DNA from: the human T2T-CHM13v2.0 reference genome, Homo sapiens
NCBI RefSeq assembly: GCF_009914755.1
Contig: NC_060930.1
DNA: 64,000 bases
Strand: one strand, 5' to 3'
Part shown: in pieces, positions 31,493 to 45,571 of the stretch
Layout: each line of letters starts with the position of its first letter
Numbering within the stretch: the stretch's first letter is position 1
Translations under genes and position numbers: made by a program
The notes under the pieces: model-generated
Databases searched by the model: none
Seen by the model: the letters and a program-made list of their open reading frames with translations, nothing else
What the model was told of the DNA's origin: nothing

Positions 31493-31941
31493 CTACAAAG
31501 AACACATGGAACCCAGTTAGTTTGATGGAAATTAACAAGCTTTTTGGAATAAGTATTGCTACAGAAAAAGAAAAAATAAGTATAGCTGAAGAATGAGAGA
31601 AAGACATAGAGAGAGACAAAACCAAATTCAAATACTGAGTTATAATCAGCTACCATTCCACTGATCATATGACGTACAATAAAAGATCATTAAGTTCTAA
31701 CTTCACTAATTTGAAGAACACGGCTGAAGTTACTTCTTATAAAGAAAGGCAGGGGTGAGGAAGAAGAAGGGAGAGAGATAATGCAGAATGTAAGTATGAT
31801 TATCCCCATTTCTGAAATATGAAAACACATCTAGAACTTAAATAATGCTCACATAAATTAAAGCATTCATACACAACACCCAATGAGGAAAGTTATTAAT
31901 GGCCCTGTTTTATTGATAAGATGACAGAAATTCAAGGACAT

Positions 31942-33875
31942 TATGGCAAAATCAATGCTCCCTGTTAACCAAACCTATTTCCTTTTCCTCTTGGAGCTAG
32001 ACCACACTTCTTTCTCTGCCTTGCAATTAAATAGAACCACATAGTTTATTGGCCAGTAGAACATAGGCAGAAGTAATGAGGTCTCTCCTCCCATCTGTTT
32101 GCTGGATATTTATATGCAAGATGGCCTTGTGAGACACAGACTAAAGATGGAGAGGTGTCTGTCAATTTGGTTTTCTAAATAGCTATGTGAAGCAATTCCC
32201 CCTGCAGACCATATTGTAATGTGGCAGGAGCAATTAATATACTGTTAATGGGTTAACTCACTGACATTTTTATTTGGAGATTTTTGTTGAAAACCAAAAG
32301 CAGTGATAATTATCCTGCCAAATACAGGAATCGATACCTTTGATGCAGGGAGCTGCTGTAACACAAATCTAAAATATGTGACATTAGCAAAGAAACTAAT
32401 ATCAGGTGCCAGGAGGATGGTAATCAATGATATACTGTGGCAAAACATTTGGAAAATGGCAGTAACTTGGAAAACAGACCATGTCTCTACTGAAGTGGCC
32501 ATTCTGAATGAATTGTTTGGAAATCAAATGAATGAATAAGGGTGTGTTGGTTGCCTTGGCTGAAAGTGGCATGGGAGTGCAAGAAAAAGATGTTCTTGAT
32601 AGAGAATTGGCCAGTTTCTAAAAATTTGGCCAGAGTTGGAAAACCAACTGCTTCTACATCTTAATTTTAAGATTTAAGGATTTGAGTTGAGACAGCTATT
32701 GAGTCAGAGAAACCTTTAAAACCCAGTTTTGCAACAAAATGAAATTAAGAATGTGGCCTTCTCTTTCAAGAATAATAGCCTCAAAATATCTACCATTAGT
32801 TGGGAGAAATAGGACTGGCAAGGATAGAGAGGAAGCCAATAAATAAAATAAATTTGAGAATCATATCCAATAAAGAATTTATGGTAGGTTACTGGCATGT
32901 GGAATAACTAGAAAATTGGATCAGTAGCCAACTAAGGTTTTAAGAGCATTATATGACCAAATAAGCTAGGAGCATGGACTTAGCACATTTCTAACTGTGA
33001 CTTACAAATAATTCTTGAACCTTCAATCTTCCACATGCAGAGAGCTCTATAGCTTCCAACAAGGGCATACCAAATGCTATTGCAGATGTGGCCAAGGAAG
33101 AGGGGGAAAAAAGAAAGAACCTCCTAGAGAATGGATCCAGGGGCCACGGAGTTCCTACCAGAGAGCAGAATCAAGTCTAAACAGGAGCTAATCAGAAACT
33201 TCTCTCATTTCCAAGGCAGAGAAACTTCACAATGCCTGACCTACAGGATTCCCTCACTGCTCTGCACCAGTGACTGCTATGTCTTCCATTCTTCTCATAG
33301 TGTTTATTGTGACTTTCCTCCCCTTGCTCCATCATTGTGTGGTATCTTTAGAGTTCAAAAGTCACCACACCATGAAGTGCCACATCTTGACCTCCACATC
33401 AGTCTGAGATCCTAGACTTTGAGCTGAATGCGGTAGCTATAGGACTTTGAATTGTGTAGCTTGAGGAGGATGTCAGTGTGTTTTATGCATGGAAGGAAGA
33501 GTAAAACAGATATTTGGTGACCAAATGGGGGTGACATGGCAGAGAAAATGTTATGTGTTTACCAAACTTATTTTCTTTTCTTCCTGTGCATAGAGTCCAG
33601 CTGCCATCACAGTTAACACGGTCATTCAACTGAGTCCTAACCAAAGGAATGTAGGCATAATTGAAGCATATACCATATCCAGAACTTGCCCACAAAATCT
33701 ATGGCACTATTTCATGTCCTCTCCCTAGCTGCTAGTTGTATGTCAACACCAGAGAAAACTTGAGAGATACACATATTTTCAATGTGTAAATTATTGACCT
33801 GAGTCCTTGGAAGATCTTATGGAGAAGAGCTCCCATCCCATACCCGCAACTGACACCTAAACCACACTGGACTAA
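31942..33875 (+). mobile_element. MaLR (MLT1-type) element: LTR - internal - LTR
   Basis: Two similar LTR starts (atggcaaaatc...accaaacctatttcc at 31942; atggcagag...accaaacttattttc at 33536) flank MLT-int-like sequence. Confidence 0.55.
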
Positions 33876-33879
33876 ATAA

Positions 33880-35915
33880 GACTGTTTACAGCAGCTTTAT
33901 TTATAATACCCCAAATGGGAAGCAGCCAAGATGTTCTTCAACAAGTGAATAGATAAACAAACTGTGGTATATCCATATAAAGGAATACTATTCAGCAATA
34001 AAAAGGCATAAGCCATCAAACCATGTGAAGACATGGATGAATCTTAAATGTATATTACTGAGAGAAAGAAGCCAGCCTGAAAAGGCCAGTCTGTATCTTT
34101 CCATTTATATGACATTCTGAAAAGGGGAAAACTATACAGATGGTAAACAGATTACTGGTTTCCAGGGATTCAGGAAGGGGTGGATTAGGACAAAGTGAAA
34201 TAATTAAAGCACATGGGATATTTTAGGACAGTAAAACTATTCTTTATGATATTTAATGGTGGATACATGACACAATGCATTTGAGAAAACCCATAGAATT
34301 TTAGAGTATAAAGTGTGAACCTTATTATATGCAAATTTAACAGAAATCATTTAAAGGTTGAAGGATCCCAGTATGGAATATAGACTGTGACCCCCTGCCA
34401 AAAAAAAATCTAATTTTGTTACAAAGCTATGAAATAACCTCATCAACAAGGAAAAAGGTACTAACTTAGGTGATTTTGGAAATGAGTGTGTCTATAAGAC
34501 AAAAGGCAGAAGGAACTATACCTAAGCACTGTTCTATAGTTGATAAAGTTATTTCCCACAGGGATATAAGTTAGTAATTCTAAAATCAGTATATGTGGAA
34601 TATAACAATTACCTAAGTAGATGTCAGGTGGTAAAAGCCAGATTTCTCACTGGTGAAATGGAAGGTCATAGATAAGCAAGGGGAGAAGTCTGGAACAATC
34701 CATGGGGTAACAGATTAGAGTTGGAGACATCAATATGAAATCATGTTTAGCTTAATATTTATATGGTTGGTAAAATATAGAAATATTTATAGATATGTGT
34801 ATATAATCAGATTAGTATATACCCATATGCAGGTATTTCCTTGCTGTGCCAGCTCACAGTGCATACAAGCAATGACATTCCAATAGCATTGAGTAAAACC
34901 GGTATCCAGATACTAGTTTCTAATATCATTCTCCAATAAAATGAACCAGGGATAGCTGAAGAGAAGGCTGATTCTAGGATTGGAGCAGGAAATGTTTAAG
35001 ATGAGCCTGGAATATCTATATTACCAGAACGTAGGAAATGCCCCAAAAAAACAAAAACACAAACCAATGAGATTATATTAAAAGTGCACAGAAGCCAATT
35101 AAAGGCACTCTCAATTGTCAAAGCTGGAACAATTCAACCAATAAAATAAATATAGTATTATATCACATCTCAAAGTATAAAGTAATTATCTATGAGTCCA
35201 TATGTATATAAAATATTGGAATTAATAAATAAATGAGGGAGAAGAGATAAATCTCCCATGCAGAAGAATTCCAAATAATCTATGTAGAGGGATGCACAAA
35301 GTGACTTTCTTCCAAAGAGTACAATATGTAAAATGGTTTAAAAAAAAAAAGTGTGACTGTAGTGGAGAAACTTGGCAGACACTACCCTGGCCAGATAGTT
35401 AAGGTTAACATTAACAATGTTAATCATGTTGATAGTACGTATCCTTAATGGATGTGAGCGGTTTACCTCGGTATCTTCCCGCAAACCCATAACCCCAGCT
35501 TAACCATGAGAAGAACATTAGACAAATCCCAACTGAGGAGTGTTCTACAAAATTCTTGACCAGTACTCCTTAATGCTGTCAAGGTCATTAAAAACAAAGA
35601 AAGTCTGAAAAATTGGCACAACCAAGAGGAGCCTAAGGAGTCATGACAAATAAATACAATGTGGTATTCTGGATGAGAACCTGGAACAGAAAAAAGATAT
35701 TAGGAAAGAACTAAAAAAACCTGAATATAGTATTGACTTTCATAAATACTAATATATCAATATCAGTTTAGTAATTGTGACAAATGTGCCATATTAACTT
35801 AAGACATTAATAATAAGGTAAATTGTCTTTGGGTATGCAGGAATTCTCTGTACTATCTTTGCAATGTCTTGTAAATAAAATCTTTTCTAAAATTTAAGAT
35901 TTAATTTTTAAGCTT
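33880..35915 (+). mobile_element. L1MC/L1MD 3' end
   Basis: ORF2 C-terminal remnant plus long old-L1 3'UTR. Confidence 0.75.
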
Positions 35916-36388
35916 AAAAAAAGAAGTATAATATACTATTATGAGTATTTATTCTTTTGTTAACTTTTTCCCAAGTTAAATTAATGGGGCTGGATTAGAG
36001 GGTTTATAAGGTTACTTCTAAGATTCTATGATTCTATGATATAAAACTACCAAGAAACTTAAACAAACAAAAAAAGAACCTCTAATGATATTGGCATTAA
36101 GAGATAGTCCAGTTTCTTAACAAATAGCCCAGTAATCTTACTATTATTATTTTTCAATTCAATATCTATCCAACAATTAGAAAAAAACTAACAGTTAATT
36201 TTCATATTTTTCTCAGCAATAATCAATATGCAGTGTTTCCCAATCTTTTCTCACAAAATCACTGCTAGAGCAAAAAATCATTTTCTGATATAGAGTGTTT
36301 ACTGAAAATGAACTAGCACAGCATGGGAAAGGGTGGTTGTTTTTAAGCAGGCCCATTATATTCCTCTGGAGAGCAATGGTGTACATAC

Positions 36389-36708
36389 TCAAGTCAATTC
36401 ATTAGGACATGGGGCTGATGATGAAAGCATGTAACAAAGGAACTGCTGTGGCTTCACATTAGCAAATGTGATGATCGGTGGTGGGATAACCCTTTGGGAA
36501 CATCTAGTATAAGGAAGGGAAGAGAAAGAAAGAGTTTTCCATTTCTTCTCTAAGATGAGAGCTACCATTTCCTCTTGCTGTACTGTGCATAATGGGTGGA
36601 GAAGAGGCAGGGGGTGAGAACGATGAAGGTTCTCAGTCGGTGGTTGTAGGGGGATGCTGATCTGCAGCAAGAAGACACAGTGGGTGAAAAATTGCTGAGT
36701 AGTTGTAT
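36389..36708 (-). pseudogene. Candidate pseudo-exon
   Basis: Acceptor tgtttcatgtcag, donor gtatgt; one frame is open (ORF 36389..36727: TTTQQFFTHCVFLLQI...EEMVALILEKKWKTL). Confidence 0.45.
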
Positions 36709-37396
36709 CTGACATGAAACATGTCACATATTTTATCAGTTGAATAACAACAGAGCTCAGCTTATAACTAACTTATAAAACAGGCTCTATGGCACGATGT
36801 GGGTGAAGAGGATTCAGTGCATTCACGTTTGTATCACTCTTGCTTCTGGCAGAAAGGAAGGTCTTTTATTATTATTATTCTGATTTTTTAAACTTGTGAC
36901 TTTAATACCTACATCTTTTTCTTAAAATTTTCAAGAAGAGATTTAAGAAAAGCAGAGAAAAGACTGAGTTGAAATCAGAAGAACCTTGTTTGATTTATGC
37001 TTTCCGATTTTTAAAATTTCAAACAAGCAATACATGTTATTGAACACTTTTATGTTCCTGTTATATACTCTGCTCTTTGGAGATTATAAGAATGTAAAAC
37101 AAGGACCTACTACTGTGAAGTAACTTGACCCCAATCTACAGCAGAGCCAGAGGAGGTAGACAAACAAGGAAAATGAGAGAACATTGAAGGACTTGCCTGT
37201 TTGGAAACATCAGAGCATTCGGAGATCAGAGATGAGCAAAGCTAACAGAAAGGAAGGCCAGTAAAAATTAAAATGTGATTTCTAACATATGTTTAAAGAA
37301 TACATTTTTATTGTTTATGAGTGCTTGAGGAGAATTATGCAAAAGGACACCTTTAACAATGGGGTAAGTGTAACCTTGCCAAAAGGACCTACTTAC

Positions 37397-37738
37397 CTGG
37401 AAGGGCATGCCAATAAGACCATGGTCAGAAAGAACACAAATTTATAAGCAGCCAATTCAAAACATTCTGACTCCAAAGGAAAGTCACAACATCCCTTGTC
37501 CTGTCTCCTCTGGGTCCCTGTCAGGTCATTCAGAGTTATCTAGGAATGGGCACCCCAAAATCTATTTTCCCTTCAGTCCTCCCATAGCATCTCAGCTACT
37601 TCCAGCTATTGCTTGTTGTTGTCAAACTATGGAAAGCTATTCCTGGATCCATTCTGGGAGCATTTGTGGAGTATTTATAAGACTAAACAGATTCTTCTTT
37701 GGCCAATATTCATCATCTCTCAGGGCTGATGTATTATT
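37397..37738 (-). pseudogene. Pseudo-exon with probably mutated acceptor
   Basis: Consensus donor CAG|gtaagt; upstream ttttgttttcgttttattgcaa looks like an AG>AA acceptor loss; FDNNKQ*LEVAEMLWED*RENRFWG. Confidence 0.5.
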
Positions 37739-37946
37739 TTGCAATAAAACGAAAACAAAACCTTCTCACCAATGATAATGAAGAAGAGAAGTTAAAGGAA
37801 TAAAGAAAATGTTATACTATAATACGCCTAGTACATGTAGGTTTGTGGGGCCAAAGTACTTGAAAATGGCTATCAAATAGGTATTTATTAAATGGGCTTT
37901 TATTTACTCTTCCCAAATAAACATCATATTTATGCTATTTCTTTAC

Positions 37947-38172
37947 TTAAGAAAGAAAAGTCTTGTTCTTCTACAGAAGTAGAAGTTATTTTCAGTTTCA
38001 GTTTTATCAGAATTGTCAAAAATTATTTATTAAGGGAGTCCTGATAAGTGAGATGTTACACTATTTAGATAATTTTTTTTATAACTCAGTTCTTTTGAGC
38101 CATTGCCATTGCCTTGCCTGCTTGCTGTCTGGAATATTTTCATTTCTTCAGTAAATGCTTCATAATTTAGTC
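37947..38172 (-). pseudogene. Pseudo-exon
   Basis: Acceptor atttctagtatag, donor gtaaag; LNYEAFTEEMKIFQTASRQ... Confidence 0.45.
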
Positions 38173-38322
38173 CTATACTAGAAATATTTTAACAAAAGGC
38201 ATTGTTTTGAGAGGATATGAAATGGTTTTCAAAACAGAAGTTTCTAAAGATTCTACTTTATGCAGATAAAATGTCCCAAATGTCATTTCCATGATGTTAT
38301 AATGAATAAAATGAACTCTTAC

Positions 38323-38588
38323 TGTTAAATATAGACTCCTAGTCCCCAGTGAAGACCTGCCTATTTGTGGCAGCACAGTGAAAGAATATGTGCATGCCCT
38401 GGGAGGTCTCAGTAACCAGGTCGGAGCTGTAACACTTGTTTCAGGTGCTCTTTTCAAAGAAAGGAGATCCTTTTCCAGAAGGGGCCCTCTCTGTATTGAC
38501 AAATCATTCTGCTGGAAGGAGGCAGGGGGCCGTTTTGCAACCTCTCCCTCAAAGACTCAATTCATTTCATTCCAGGACCATTTTATTT
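38323..38588 (-). pseudogene. Pseudo-exon (266 bp)
   Basis: Acceptor ctttttattgtggcacaaacag, donor gtaaga; EIKWSWNEMN*VFEGEVAKRPPASFQQNDLSIQRGPLLEKDLLSLK/EHLKQVLQLRP. Confidence 0.6.
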
Positions 38589-39097
38589 CTGTTTGTGCCA
38601 CAATAAAAAGGCAAATGGTTGATACGGGCATAATGTGTTTTCCATAATGAGATAATTCCCTTGTTCAAATCATATTGGTTTGCTACTGGGCTTTTCTATT
38701 AAAGAAATAGATTGGAATTTTATTCATGTTTGTTTACATTTAGTTGTTTTTGAGATTGTGCAAAGACAGATTTTCTTTTTTCACCTTCATAGGCAGAGAT
38801 TTAAAATAACACACATGTATAATTCAGTGAGACTAGCAAAGAAGATGGGTGAAGACAAATCTCAAACTAAAGATATTTCTCAAATACATTGATCATTCAT
38901 TTATCCAATAAATATTTATGCCAGGCAATATTTTAGAGAAACGAAACTGAATAAGGTCTAGTTCCCACCCCTGCTCTCAAGAAACTTACCAGTGGGCAAA
39001 AAAGACAAATATATGAACAATTAACTATGATATACTATGATCAATTCTATCACACAGGCACAGGCAAATTACCCATAATTGCAAAATTTAACTAGTA

Positions 39098-39468
39098 CAA
39101 TCTTAGCCTGCTCCTGCTGCTAGAACAAAATACCAAACTCTGGGTAAGTTATAAACAATAGAAATTTGTTTCTCACGGTTCTGGAGTCTGGGAAGTCTAA
39201 GATCAAGGTTCTGGCTGATTTGGTGTCCAGTGAAAGCTCCCTCTCTGCTTCCAAGATGGTGCCTTATTGCTGCGTCCTCACATGGTGGAAGGCTGAGCAC
39301 AAAAGGATAATGCTGTGTGATGCCTTTCTAATAAGGCACTGATCCCATCCACGAGTGTGGAGCCCTGATAACCTGATCACTTCCTAAAGTCCCCACCTTT
39401 TAATACTATCACATTGGCAATTGTTTCAACATATGAAGTTTTGAGGGGGACACATTCAGACTATGGCA
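39098..39468 (-). mobile_element. MaLR LTR (MST/MLT1A-like)
   Basis: ttctcacggttctggagtctgggaagtctaagatcaagg ... gggggacacattcagactatggca. Confidence 0.75.
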
Positions 39469-39970
39469 CACACTGAACCCCGTGGGCATGGCCACTCAGC
39501 ACACTGGCATCTAGGCTGCACTGGTCACAGGTTATTTGCATTCTTTGTACATGGAAGTGTAACACTTATTGGTTTATTAAATGGAAGGAGGTCAATGTCT
39601 CTATTAGAGATTGTTAATTCATAAAAAAAAGTCTGTTGAGCCTGGCAAAATAAAAATTATGAGTGTAAATACTATTTAGCCCCCAAGTCAAGTTGTTTTC
39701 ACATTCTGAGAGTTGCTAATGAGATAGTTAAGTGCAGGAGGAAAGAGTCATCACATTAGGTTAAAAAGTACATGGCATTCCCTGACCTTGATGGTTATGA
39801 CACACAGATGTGCCTAATGAGTTTAGAGCAGCAAGAGCCGGGAGCTTCCTGGTTCTGCCAAGGACTAGCAAAAGCCCTATAATTTTCCACAAGGCAGGGG
39901 TGAAGAATAACCACTGCTTTTCAGATTCGTGCTTTTATAATCATCTGAGGTGTTTTTAAGTTAACATTCC

Positions 39971-40379
39971 TGTTGTGAACTGCATCGCGTCCCCCAAAAT
40001 TTATATGTTTGAAGCCCTAACCTCCAGTACCTCAGAATGTGTCTGTATTTAGAGACAGGCCCTTTAAAGAGTTCACTAAAACTGAAAATAAGGTCATTTT
40101 GGTGGGTCCTCATTCAATCTGACTGGTGTCCTTCTAAGAGGAGGGAATTAGAACACATAGGGAAACATCAGAGGTGCACAGGCACAGAAAGGGACCATGT
40201 AAAGAAGCAGCAGGAAGGTGGCTGTCCACAAACTCAGGAGAGAGGTCTCCAGAGGAACTCGATCTGCTGTCAACTGTTCTTGGACTTCTAGCCTCTAGAA
40301 CTCTGGGCAAATGAATTTCTGTTGTTTAAGCCACTCAATTCTTGGTAGTTTGTTATGGCAGCCCTAGCAAACTAATACA
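39971..40379 (+). mobile_element. MLT1A/B-like LTR, inserted in a MER5-like DNA transposon remnant
   Basis: tgttgtgaactg ... gttatggcagccctagcaaactaataca. Confidence 0.75.
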
Positions 40380-40523
40380 ACTCCACACTCACCTCCCATG
40401 CCCCCAACCAACAGAATATTCTGATTCGGTTGCGGCTGAGGAGGCACAAATTGAATTTTTGAAAGCACATAGGTAAATCAGATGCCAGTACTCCCAAGAT
40501 TACACCTTTAAAAAAGCAACTAC

Positions 40524-40850
40524 CAGCTGAGTGCCACGGCTCATGTCTGTAGTTTCAGTGCTTTGGGAAGCTGAGGCAGGAGGATTGTTTGAGGCCAGGA
40601 GTTCAAGACCATCATGGGCAACATAGCGGGTCTCTCCAAAAAAAGTTTTAAAATTAACCAGGTGTGGTGTCACGTCCCTGTAGTCCTGCTACTTGGGAGG
40701 CCGAGGAATAAGGATCACTTAAAGCTTGGAGTTTCAGGCTGCAGTGAACTATGTTTGTACCACTGCACCCAAGTCCCCAGCCTTGGCAACAGAGCAGGAC
40801 CATGTCTCATTAAAATAAAACAAGACAAAACCCCAAATCAAACAAACAAA
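40524..40850 (+). mobile_element. AluJ SINE
   Basis: Diverged dimeric Alu with A-rich tail. Confidence 0.88.
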
Positions 40851-40918
40851 AATCACAACTACCAAAAAGAATTACATGTGTTTTGCTATTAAGATCTCCT
40901 TCCTGTTGCATACTTTAC

Positions 40919-40996
40919 CTGTCCTCTGCATGCGAACTCAACTAATGCTGCCGCTTTCATATGCAGAGGTTTGAGATCAAAGATGTCTGCTTAGAC
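40919..40996 (-). pseudogene. Pseudo-exon (78 bp, phase 0-0)
   Basis: Donor CAG|gtaaag; V*ADIFDLKPLHMKAAALVEFACRGQ; acceptor weak and upstream intron very short. Confidence 0.45.
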
Positions 40997-41059
40997 CTGA
41001 CTCCAGTCATCACAATGCCAGAGGAGAGTGAAGGAACAGGGAGTGGGAAAGGATGCTAC

Positions 41060-41265
41060 CTGGATTCTCATGTATCAGCACAGGCACCCTGAACACTCCT
41101 GCAAAGTGACCCTGGAATCCAAATCTCACAGGCACTGCTGCTCTGAAGTTATTTCCATTTGGCTGTGCCTTTCTCCTGGGGGCTCCTTTCAGTTCTCTAA
41201 CTGGGTTGTAGTTAAGTTTATCAAGCTCTGCTGGAGAAAAATCACTTCCATTACTGGAGCAGTTC
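41060..41265 (-). pseudogene. Pseudo-exon (206 bp)
   Basis: Acceptor gctttttccacag, donor CAG|gtagca; VMEVIFLQQSLINLTTTQLEN*KEPPGERHSQMEITSEQQCL*DLDSRVTLQECSG. Confidence 0.55.
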
Positions 41266-42574
41266 CTGTGGAAAAAGCTTGTTTTTTTTTTAATAGAACG
41301 GGGTTTTCACAATATATTACTGATATAAATCTGACACTAATGCTATAAACATGTCCCAAGGCACCTGGGTACTCAGTAACAGGGTGAGCCCTCAAGTAAA
41401 ATTGTGAGACTAGAGAAGTTTGTCTTCTAGGTTTTAGCCTCTTCTGTTTTCCCATTATCTGAGGTCATTCAGAGACACAACACTTTGTCTGCATTTTATT
41501 GGCACTTGATTTGGGGGAAGTTCCCCTAACATTCATTTATTCAGTCATTCACTCAACAAATACTTAGGATGTTTCCCCTTTGTAGCTGCTAGGCAAGGGA
41601 CTAAGTACTGTGGATACAATAATATTTTCTGCTCTTAAAGAGTTTATGGTCTGGGGAGAGGGATGGAAGAAATTAATCAAATACTCCTACCAAAGAGGAT
41701 ATAATTCCACATAAATGAAAGGGAATCAGGTCAGAAATAGGGACTATGAGGGAGCAACCCAGAAACCAACCAAAGGAAATTTCCCAGGAAAAGGAGAAAA
41801 AGTCCCAACCCAGGCTCACACAAAGATGGATGTGGCTAGTCAAGAAGCTTCAGCTGGGGGCCTGCAGCAGAGAGGGCGGCAGACACAGCTTGGAAAGGTG
41901 AGCCTGAGTAGGAGGTAGAGCCACACCAGGCAGGGGTTACGCCACGGAGCTGGGGTGGGGGTGGCTCCCTTTTCATTTAATCATCTGGTTAGTGGGGAAA
42001 AAAATCAGTGCACTGTTTGGACTCCAGTGTGATCGTTAATAGCCATAATAGATTTACTATCCAAGTCAAGTTCAAATTCCTATTGTGAGTGGTGATAGAA
42101 TCCGGCTTGTTGAGCACAGAAACAGACTATTTGAAATTAGCACCAAAGCACGATAGATTTTTCTTTCTTAAATTAGTTATCCACATGGGCTATTTTTATT
42201 GTATCAGATGTAACCACGATGACATACTTGTATCCACCATCCAAATGTAATATTTTTTAACCAAATTTAGTTACTGGAAAGTTTTCATACAAAGTATTTG
42301 GAGATGCAATTTATCTGAAATAGCAATACTGAAAGTGAATATGTTCTACAGAGGGCTTTTGTAGAAGAGTTGTCTGTACATGCCTGGTTTACCTCCCCCT
42401 AGAAGATGAAAATAATGTCTAATCCTGGCATAGGAACTGTTTCGGGGCTTACTCTACCCCACTGCCAACTCTTCACTTGGAAAGCAAAATTATACATTTC
42501 CATACAAACAACAGCCAGTTAGCAGGCATAAATGCTTAGTGGGAAATTAACTTAGAGTGGGTGAGACAGACTAC

Positions 42575-42675
42575 TAAAATTTTGACTATCCTGCTAAATT
42601 TAGCCAAGGAAGATCCATCTATGCCAATTTAAAATGGTTTTCAGGAGCGGCTCGATCACACATCTCAGCAAAAGA
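42575..42675 (-). pseudogene. Pseudo-exon
   Basis: Strong acceptor ctttctctatttttgtcttcag; LLLRCVIEPLLKTILNWHRWIF or SFAEMCDRAAPENHFKLA; donor uncertain. Confidence 0.45.
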
Positions 42676-42764
42676 CTGAAGACAAAAATAGAGAAAGGAA
42701 ATATAGTTATTTCCTGCATCTAGATGTACTTCTAATTAAACTGTCTATCCACACCCTGCTTTAC

Positions 42765-42874
42765 CAAAGAAATAAATAGCGCTTTTCTGCTGGACAAGAA
42801 TTACTACATTTTGTGATGAATTCTCTGGCTGGCATCCTCCTTCATTTAGCCATAGAGATCCGGATGAGCTAGAG
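42765..42874 (-). pseudogene. Pseudo-exon (110 bp)
   Basis: Strong acceptor tttccttcctcgtttgcag, donor TG|gtaaag; frame ambiguous. Confidence 0.5.
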
Positions 42875-42929
42875 CTGCAAACGAGGAAGGAAATTCAGTA
42901 CTGCCATTTATGTCAGTGGGAAACCCCAC

Positions 42930-43121
42930 CGGTAATTTTTATTCATGAATTTCAGTTCAATATTAAAATGCATCAGGTACAGATGTGTTAAAGGTATTAA
43001 ATCAATTCCTTCTTCTATCCTTTCTCTACTTCTTCCTCCAGCTCTAGTCTTTTTCCAAAAGCTGCTTTATCAATACAATTAGTAGTTTCTTTTTGCAGAT
43101 ACGTTTTCTTTCATGCTTCAA
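42930..43121 (-). pseudogene. Pseudo-exon
   Basis: Purine-rich on the - strand; KKTYLQKETTNCIDKAAFGKRLELEEEVEKG*KKELI; boundaries approximate. Confidence 0.5.
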
Positions 43122-43789
43122 CTAACACCAGCGTAATGTTAGAAATAAGTGATTACACAGGTGTGACATTAATTTGGAGATTTTGAAAATGATATTTGCA
43201 TTATTATATTTTTAAAACATCCACTATATAAAGGTGTGTTTTCAGTTATTTTGCACATTAGCAGGATTATGCAGCCTATGCCTTTGGCTTTAGAATCAAT
43301 ACTCTAAAATAAATATGTAGTTCTGCCCTGACTTTCCGCATAACCTTGACAAAGACATTTACCATGTCTTGGCTCAGTTCCTCTATATGTAAAACAGGGA
43401 TAAAAATATTGACTTTACTAATAAGGCCATGGTCCAGATTAGTTATCCTAGCTTTGCAAACAGCTTTTGAAAAATCATCAAGCTGCAAAAATCACACTCA
43501 GGCAAAGGATGTACTCCTGTCCATCTGTCCAAGTACCATCCTTTCCCACTCAGACCATTCATTCCCTTCTCCCACACACTAGGTTTTCTCAGGTGAGAAA
43601 ATAGTCAAGTGGAAGATGTCATTAGGCATCTCTACTGAAATAATTCCATGAAGTGGAAGGCAATATATATAAATTAATAAATAAAATAAAGTTAGAATTA
43701 GATTTTGATACTAATGGCTTTTTAAAAATTAAGACTGTGTTGAGTTTTTTAGATCTTTGGTTTTGTGTTATGTTCATATTGTCATCATA

Positions 43790-44050
43790 CTCATCATCAT
43801 TGATCATGTTTATTCAGTGTTAACCATGTGGCAGGCACTATGCTAAGCTGTTAAGTATGTCACAGCATTCAACCCTAACAACCATTCAGTGAGGAAAGTA
43901 TTGTCATTATTATCCCCATTTCACTGATGAGGCAGTTGAGACTTTGAGAGATTAAATAACTTCAAGCCCCATGGCTTATAAGAGGTGGAATTAAAATTCA
44001 AACCTTGTTCCAACTGACCCCAAAGTCTCAATTTTTAATAACTTTGCTAT
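43790..44050 (-). mobile_element. MIR SINE
   Basis: tatccccatttcactgatgaggcagttgagact core. Confidence 0.65.
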
Positions 44051-44638
44051 ATTCCCATCATACTAATCTTCATGATTAAATTACTTAGCAACCAAAAGTG
44101 GTGTTAAAATCCAATTGCAATTATGTATGGAAAGGAAGAAGACATCAAGAAGCTAACTTTATTGCAGGTATAGAAAATGCCCCAAATTAAGGCAGCTTTT
44201 TAATTAAGAGAGTCAAAACTACGCTCAGCTGAAAGGTGGAAAGTCAACATTAGGAGAAAATATGAGTGATTTTTTGAATAGAACAGAAACAGTATGAATA
44301 CAATAGACTTTTATGTTGAATGTATTCAAGATATTACTTTTTCACATGCCCCCTAAATTATTTTAAAATATATATAATGCTTTTAAAATAAAATTTAAAT
44401 CTGTAAAGGGTGTCTTAAAATATATTGCATTGGGTTGAACATTATAGTAGGTAAATTCTAAGTTTCCAACTCAAAAGTTCAATGATTCTCTAAATGATTG
44501 GTGAAAACATAAATGAATTGAACAGCATTGTTTTGTGCATATCTTGTATGAGATCAGTTTCACATTTCTCACGAAAGCTTTTTAAAACTTCCCTACTCTT
44601 TATTGGTCTCCTGTAATCACTCAATTCCTTCCTCTTAC

Positions 44639-44707
44639 CAGGTAACTTTCATTCATACTCAGATGAACAGATAATTTTTCATCCAAGCTAGGAGGACATT
44701 CTTGATC
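44639..44707 (-). pseudogene. Pseudo-exon (69 bp, phase 0-0, still open)
   Basis: Acceptor ggttccttttcag, donor CTG|gtaaga; DQECPPSLDEKLSVHLSMNESYL. Confidence 0.6.
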
Positions 44708-45184
44708 CTGAAAAGGAACCCTTAAATAACTGAAATTATATGTTGTTTTGGAAAACATGTTATTATCAATTTTTTTATTATATGGGTAGATTTATAAATG
44801 GTTCTATTCAAAAGTTATTTTCAAAATTAAAATTCTTCATGAAAATAAAAATGACATCTGTGTATATCTGAAGAAAATATTTCAAAACTTTGTTATATTG
44901 ATTATCTCAACATTTAAAATAATATTAGGAGAATAACCAGTTTCTGAGCTATAGCTGTTTGAAATATCAGATTGTTAGAATTTTTTCTAAAAAAAAGAAT
45001 CAATGTCTTTATAATTTCCTTTTCATGAAATTTCCAGAAATCTTCTTCAAAATGTATACAAATTTATGAATTACATATTTAAAATTGTTGACACTTTCAA
45101 TGGACCCTTCTCTGTAAATCATAACAGTTTTCATCAAATAAGTTTATGATTTTTTAAATGTTTCCTTTGATTTAAATGCTGTAA

Positions 45185-45571
<387 letters not shown>

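Noticed and set aside
43500-43632. Further exon candidates (also ~42345-42477, ~39790-39878, ~57492-57665)
   Set aside because: Weak splice sites and unresolved frames; plausible but not supportable without alignment.
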